DNA of 64,000 bases from Rhodothermales bacterium. GTDB lineage: Bacteria; Bacteroidota; Rhodothermia; Rhodothermales; VXPQ01. The DNA is taken from positions 1-64,000 of the forward strand of contig JBBDTI010000075.1 in the NCBI GenBank assembly GCA_040904565.1. The letters are read 5' to 3'. A program made the translations under genes and the position numbers. Below, one piece after another: positions 59,306 to 64,000 of the stretch. The first letter of the stretch is position 1, and every line of letters begins with the position of its first letter. The notes under the pieces were generated by a model. The model ran no database searches. It worked only from the letters and a program-made list of their open reading frames with translations, and had not been told where the DNA came from.

Positions 59306-60039
59306 TGAGCCCGCTGGCCGTACTGCTTCGATCTGGTGATGAGGACGATCCGTACGAAGCGGCGTTCTCGGAGCAGGGATTTGATGTTCGTTCGATTCCG
59401 GTGCTCGCGTTTAAACTCGTCAATCTGGACAAGCTTCGTGACCTCATCAGTCGCCCCGACGAGTACTCGGGATTGATGCTAACGAGTCCACGTGCCGTCG
59501 ACGCGCTCGGTGAGGTGCTCCTGCGGGGATCGGTTTTCCTTGAGCGATGGCGCGGCAAACCAGTCTTCGTCGTCGGGTCGCGGACGGCGGACGGCGTCCG
59601 AGCGCTCGGCCTTGATCCGGTGGGGGAGGGGTCCGGTTCTGCTCAAGTCCTGGCTCGGCTCATTCTGAGCGAGCCCATTCACAACCAGCTGCTATTCCTT
59701 TCCGGAGATCGGCGGCTGGACGAGCTTCCGTCGACCTTGCGAGACGCGGGGACGCCGTTCGCTGAGCTCTGCGTCTACGAGACCCGTCTGCGTCCGGAGA
59801 TAGACTGGCCCGTGGATCGACCCGTCGACTGGATCGTCTTTTTCAGCCCGTCAGGCATCGAGGCCGTCGAAGGTACGGATCCTGGACTACTGGAAGCGGT
59901 CCACGTCGCTGCGATCGGGGAGACGACGGCTACGGCGTTGCGTGATCGCGGCGTCGAGGTGGATGCTGTAGCGACCGAGCCGAATGCGCAAGCTTTAAGT
60001 GAGGCCGTCCGTGCGGCCTACGACCGTATCCGCTCCTGA
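59302..60039 (+). CDS. hemD: Uroporphyrinogen-III synthase
   Basis: LTSPRAV, VVGSRTA, VYET, FFSPSG, AIGETTA; ATGA overlap with hemC. Confidence 0.92.
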   Translation: MMSPLAVLLRSGDEDDPYEAAFSEQGFDVRSIPVLAFKLVNLDKLRDLISRPDEYSGLMLTSPRAVDALGEVLLRGSVFLERWRGKPVFVVGSRTADGVRALGLDPVGEGSGSAQVLARLILSEPIHNQLLFLSGDRRLDELPSTLRDAGTPFAELCVYETRLRPEIDWPVDRPVDWIVFFSPSGIEAVEGTDPGLLEAVHVAAIGETTATALRDRGVEVDAVATEPNAQALSEAVRAAYDRIRS

Positions 60040-60666
60040 CGCTGCGTCGAGGGCTGCACGAATGTCCGCCGCGGCTCGAACGGGATTTGCGGCGAGCGTG
60101 ATGGCGGTCATCACGGCGATCCCATGTGCACCGGCATTCATGACCGATTCGACGCGTTCCGCCGTGACGCCGGCAATCGCGATGACGGGAACGCCGACGG
60201 CTTCGCACACCCTGGTCAGCGTCGCAAGGCCCTTCACCGAGGCCGGATTTCGTTTGCTGGCCGTCTTGAAGACGGGTCCAAACCCGACATAATCGGCCCC
60301 GTCGTCTTCGATCCGAAGAGCCTGTTCGAGTGTCGTCGCCGTTCCACCGATCAATGCCTCTGGACCGAGCACGCGCCGGGCGGCCGGAATCGGAAAATCG
60401 GACTGCCCGAGGTGGACGCCATCAGCCGATACGGCCTGCGCAACATCGATCCGATCATCGACCACGAACACCGCCGATTGCCGGCGACAGACTTCGGCGG
60501 TTTCAGCGGCTTCCTTCAGTACATGCCGGATGCCGCTGTGTTTTTCTCGGAACTGAATCGTATCCGCACCGCCCTCGATGGCGAGGCGTGCTATTTCCGC
60601 GTGGGAATAGCGCTGTTGGAAGTGATAGTCCGTGAGGACGTGAAATCGTCCGATTGTACGCTGCAT
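59995..60666 (-). CDS. thiE: Thiamine phosphate synthase
   Basis: IQFREK, VDDRIDVA, DGVHLGQSD, DYVGFGPVFKTASK, IAIAGV. Start placed at MQRTIG. Confidence 0.92.
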   Translation of the reverse strand: MQRTIGRFHVLTDYHFQQRYSHAEIARLAIEGGADTIQFREKHSGIRHVLKEAAETAEVCRRQSAVFVVDDRIDVAQAVSADGVHLGQSDFPIPAARRVLGPEALIGGTATTLEQALRIEDDGADYVGFGPVFKTASKRNPASVKGLATLTRVCEAVGVPVIAIAGVTAERVESVMNAGAHGIAVMTAITLAANPVRAAADIRAALDAASGADTVVGRTDGLT

Positions 60667-60716
60667 GTTGGCGACTGGAAGAGGAAACCTGAGGAATGTG
60701 TTAGTATGAGATCGGT

Positions 60717-61163
60717 CTACTCGTGCCTCGATGCACCCAGTGACGTGACAAGGTCGTCGTAGCGCGGCCAAGCGTCCCGATCCAGCTCGTAGGACGTAAG
60801 ACCAATGGTCACGTCCGCCCAGGACCCGTAGTCACGAACGTCCAGCACGCGATGGGCAGAATCCATCCGGTTCGCGGCCACGTCGGCGACCGACCGGATA
60901 CGCACCCACGGCCCCCGAACGTGTATCTCCGCGATACGTCGCCGGAGATTGAAGCTCGTCCATGCGGAAGCCAGAAGGATGGCCCCGGCAGCAGCCCAGA
61001 ATGCATATGGAACGATGGACAGCTCTTCAAGAACGGCGACCAGCGTAGCGATCATCACGGGAAGCAAGAACGCAGCCAGGGACGGGACGAGGGCCCGTGA
61101 GTAGACCGCGGTTCGGTGTAGATCACCCGGGTGATTCCTGCTCTTAAACTGCCGATCCGTCAA
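60717..61163 (-). CDS. Hypothetical membrane protein (two TM helices)
   Basis: Start overlaps the upstream stop; two hydrophobic segments followed by a soluble domain. Confidence 0.7.
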   Translation of the reverse strand: MTDRQFKSRNHPGDLHRTAVYSRALVPSLAAFLLPVMIATLVAVLEELSIVPYAFWAAAGAILLASAWTSFNLRRRIAEIHVRGPWVRIRSVADVAANRMDSAHRVLDVRDYGSWADVTIGLTSYELDRDAWPRYDDLVTSLGASRHE

Positions 61164-62230
61164 CCGAAATGCCCCCTTTCGGCCGCTGAACGTTGCTGGT
61201 CGACGAGTGCGGAAGCGACGGCTCTCGGCACGGGAAGATCCATCATCGTTCTGAGTCCGGCAGCCGCCTGTACGATGGCCGGGATCGTGTTAACGACCAT
61301 CGCAACCGTGGCTGTATCGCCGAAGATGCCGTTTTGAACCACCAGATTGATCGGGGGCGTACCGTCGATGCGAATGACGTCTCGTGAATCGGTTGCACCC
61401 ACGTACATCAGAAGATCCAGCGAAAGCACCTCCGCCGTTCCGTGGAACCCCTTCATGGTGTGATGGATGCCGGCCACCTCACCGCGACCGACGCGCAGAT
61501 GGTCTGTCTGGACGTCCTGCTCGGCGATGACCGGTTCGAGATGTTCGTCGATCCGCTCGATCACCCATCCGAGTCCGGCGGCCAGAAGACTCAGGGATTC
61601 GCGCAGACCGATATGTCCGAATCTTCCGGTCGACTTTCGCTCCGCGAACGCGTCGACGTTCAATCCGGCTCCGATCTTCTGCTGCAGCGGCATCCGTCGG
61701 CTGCCGGCGTTAACAATGCGCTGTACGTGAACGGATCGCACGTCCGTACAGACGGCGGTAGCCATAAGCGGCAGCAGATCCATGGCATATCCTGGATTTA
61801 CGCCGGTCCCGACGACAGCCACGCCGTGCTCGCGTGCGAGGTCGTCCAATGCCTGACTGCGGTTTTTATGGCGCTCGAACGGAAAAGCAAGTTCTTCGGT
61901 TGACGAGATGACGTGGGCGCCGTGTCGGATGCAGCCCTCAATCTGCGGGTAGACGTCTTCCAGAAAGGATGTTGTCGTGTGCAGCACGACGTCCGGTCGC
62001 GTCCGATGCAAGGCCTCCTCTGCATCCCGTTCGATGGTTATGCCGGTATCCTCGTCAAGCCCGAGCAACTCGCCGACGTCGCGTCTCGCTTTCTTCGGGT
62101 CTACGTCCACGGCAGCCACGAGCTCAAAGGTGTGCGAGCACTGCTGTGTACGGAGTACGGTTCGCACACATTCGAGGCCTATGGGACCTACGCCATACTG
62201 CATCACTCGCACGGGTTGCTCTTCTCGCAT
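61160..62230 (-). CDS. 2,4-diaminopentanoate dehydrogenase / NAD(P)-dependent amine dehydrogenase family (DapB-like N-terminus)
   Basis: YGVGPIG, VISSTEELAFP, GTGVNPG, GHIGLRES, GIFGDTAT. Confidence 0.8.
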   Translation of the reverse strand: MREEQPVRVMQYGVGPIGLECVRTVLRTQQCSHTFELVAAVDVDPKKARRDVGELLGLDEDTGITIERDAEEALHRTRPDVVLHTTTSFLEDVYPQIEGCIRHGAHVISSTEELAFPFERHKNRSQALDDLAREHGVAVVGTGVNPGYAMDLLPLMATAVCTDVRSVHVQRIVNAGSRRMPLQQKIGAGLNVDAFAERKSTGRFGHIGLRESLSLLAAGLGWVIERIDEHLEPVIAEQDVQTDHLRVGRGEVAGIHHTMKGFHGTAEVLSLDLLMYVGATDSRDVIRIDGTPPINLVVQNGIFGDTATVAMVVNTIPAIVQAAAGLRTMMDLPVPRAVASALVDQQRSAAERGHFG

Positions 62231-62246
62231 ACGTGATTTTCGATCC

Positions 62247-63881
62247 TTAACGGTCAGGCTGTAGAAACGGATAGGCGTAATGGCGCGCCGGATTAAACGT
62301 CTCCTTTATCGCCCGTGCCGACACCCATCGCATGAGATTAAGCGGGGAACCGGCTTTATCGTTCGTCCCCGAGCCGCGGGCACCGCCGAACGGCTGCTGT
62401 CCGACCACGGCACCGGTTGGCTTATCGTTGATGTAAAAATTACCGGCGTTGTCGACGAGCCTTTCCATCGTGCTGCGCACGACCGCGCGGTCCCTTGCGA
62501 AAACAGCACCCGTAAGGGCGTAGGGCGAGGTATCGTCCAGCAGATCGAGCATCTTCTCATACCGCTCGTCTTCATATACGAACACGGATACGATCGGACC
62601 GAAAATCTCCTCACGCATCGTCTGATGCCTGGGATCGTCGACCTTCAGGACGGTCGGACGGATAAAGTAGCCGCGGCTATCGTCGTACGTACCGCCGTGG
62701 ACTATCTCCACCTGGCTGTCCGAGCGTGCCGCTTCAATATGTTCTACGATCCGTCGGTAGGATGAACGGTCGATCACGGCGTTGATGAAGTTGGTGAAGT
62801 CATCTACGGAGCCCATCGCGATCTCGTCCAACTGCCCGGTTATCTCACGGCGAATCTCGGGCCAGCGTGACGCCGGAAGGTACACCCTGGAAGCAGCCGA
62901 ACATTTCTGCCCCTGATATTCGAATCCGCCTCGAACGATGGCCGTAGCAACCGCCGCGTCCTCCGCCGACGCGTGCGCTACGATGAAATCCTTCCCGCCC
63001 GTTTCGCCGACGACGCGTGGATACGACCGATACGTATCGATCTGCGATCCGATCGTACGCCACATATGTTTGAAGGTCTGGGTCGATCCCGTAAAGTGGA
63101 GTCCGGCCAGGTGCCTGGATGCAAACACCGGATCGCCCACGTCCGGTCCATGCCCGGGAAGCATGTTGATCACGCCGTCCGGCAATCCGGCTTCTTGCAG
63201 GAGCTTGTATGTGTAATAAGCAGAGAAGAGGGACGTGGTCGACGGTTTCCACAAAACCGTATTGCCCATCAGGGCCGGCGCCGTCGGAAGATTGCCCTGA
63301 ATGGAGGTAAAATTAAATGGCGTCACGGCGAATACAAACCCTTCCAGGGCCCGATATTGCATCTGATTCCACGTTCCTGTCGGGGAGTAGGGCTGCCGTT
63401 CATAGAGTTCCTCCGCGTACTTCGCGTTGAACCGCCAGAAGTCGATCAGCTCACAGGCCGCATCTATCTCTGCCTGGAAGACATTCTTACTCTGGCCGAG
63501 CATGGTCGACGCGTTCAGCGTATCGCGCCAGGACGTAGAGAGCAGTTCCGCCGCCTTCAAGAAGACGGCGGTGCGATCCGTCCAGTGCATGCGGGCCCAT
63601 TCGTTGCGTGCTTCGAGAGCGGCGTCTATGGCTTCGGCAACCTCGGTTTCGCCGCAGAGATGCACGTCAGCCAGCACCTGTCCGTGATCGTGGGGGGCCG
63701 TGACGGTCACCATATTTCCGGTACGAACCTCACGTCCACCGATGAATGCGGGGATCTCGAGCCGCTCGTTCTTGAGAACGTCTAGCTGACGCTGCACGCT
63801 ACGACGCTCCGGTGATCCCGGTTTGTAGGACAGCGTCGGTTCGTTGACTGGTTCCGGAGCCGTGCGTATCGCGTTGCTCAT
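62247..63881 (-). CDS. pruA: L-glutamate gamma-semialdehyde (P5C) dehydrogenase
   Basis: EIDAACELIDFWRFN, PFNFTSI, FTGS, GETGGK, EYQGQKCSA, EEIFGP, NDKPTGAVVGQQPFGG. Start placed at MSNAIR. Confidence 0.96.
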   Translation of the reverse strand: MSNAIRTAPEPVNEPTLSYKPGSPERRSVQRQLDVLKNERLEIPAFIGGREVRTGNMVTVTAPHDHGQVLADVHLCGETEVAEAIDAALEARNEWARMHWTDRTAVFLKAAELLSTSWRDTLNASTMLGQSKNVFQAEIDAACELIDFWRFNAKYAEELYERQPYSPTGTWNQMQYRALEGFVFAVTPFNFTSIQGNLPTAPALMGNTVLWKPSTTSLFSAYYTYKLLQEAGLPDGVINMLPGHGPDVGDPVFASRHLAGLHFTGSTQTFKHMWRTIGSQIDTYRSYPRVVGETGGKDFIVAHASAEDAAVATAIVRGGFEYQGQKCSAASRVYLPASRWPEIRREITGQLDEIAMGSVDDFTNFINAVIDRSSYRRIVEHIEAARSDSQVEIVHGGTYDDSRGYFIRPTVLKVDDPRHQTMREEIFGPIVSVFVYEDERYEKMLDLLDDTSPYALTGAVFARDRAVVRSTMERLVDNAGNFYINDKPTGAVVGQQPFGGARGSGTNDKAGSPLNLMRWVSARAIKETFNPARHYAYPFLQPDR

Positions 63882-64000
63882 AATCGATTCGAAATCTGGA
63901 TACCTTGCATGGCGATGGACTGCCGGGCGTTGCCTGACGTCAGTCGGCCCGTACCGGGCGCGCTCTCGCGAGCACATCCTCAGGACGGATTGTGACCATG

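Overview
GC-rich bacterial chromosomal window, mostly core housekeeping genes. The gene content (T9SS-type C-terminal domains, GWxTD protein, MqnA-like protein, ClpC, gcvT-comB-ftsK synteny, long S16) suggests a Rhodothermales/Bacteroidota-related organism; this is inference. In order: rfbA(partial)-rfbB, polA, an M16 peptidase pair, two PspC-domain genes, ygfA, ffh-rpsP-rimM-trmD-rplS, mqnA-like-smpB-tyrS-GWxTD, purE-purK-ftsK-comB-gcvT-tyrA-clpC-iscA, secreted proteins (lamin-tail, VWA, S8), a Ca/Na antiporter, a tandem-domain cytidine deaminase, tRNA-Leu(TAA), proBA, small signalling/stress genes, pepF, a beta-propeller HisKA_3 kinase with a NarL-type regulator, Xaa-Pro peptidase, hemACD, thiE and pruA. 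I found no integrase, transposase, CRISPR array or rRNA. The best candidate for an undescribed system is at 50.5-55.6 kb. There the two-component pair is divergent from a unit with three 22-bp-phased direct repeats, an unannotated 57-aa lipopeptide ORF and a run of hairpins, several with GGA loops, ending in a strong terminator. This could be a peptide-signalling module and/or a CsrB-like dual-function RNA. Other candidates: a switch-like leader or sRNA upstream of ffh, a six-copy 14-bp repeat array, a cytidine deaminase with reversed domain order, a tandem MerR/excisionase-like HTH protein, and an amine dehydrogenase-like gene next to pruA. All calls come from reading motifs by eye; no searches were run.
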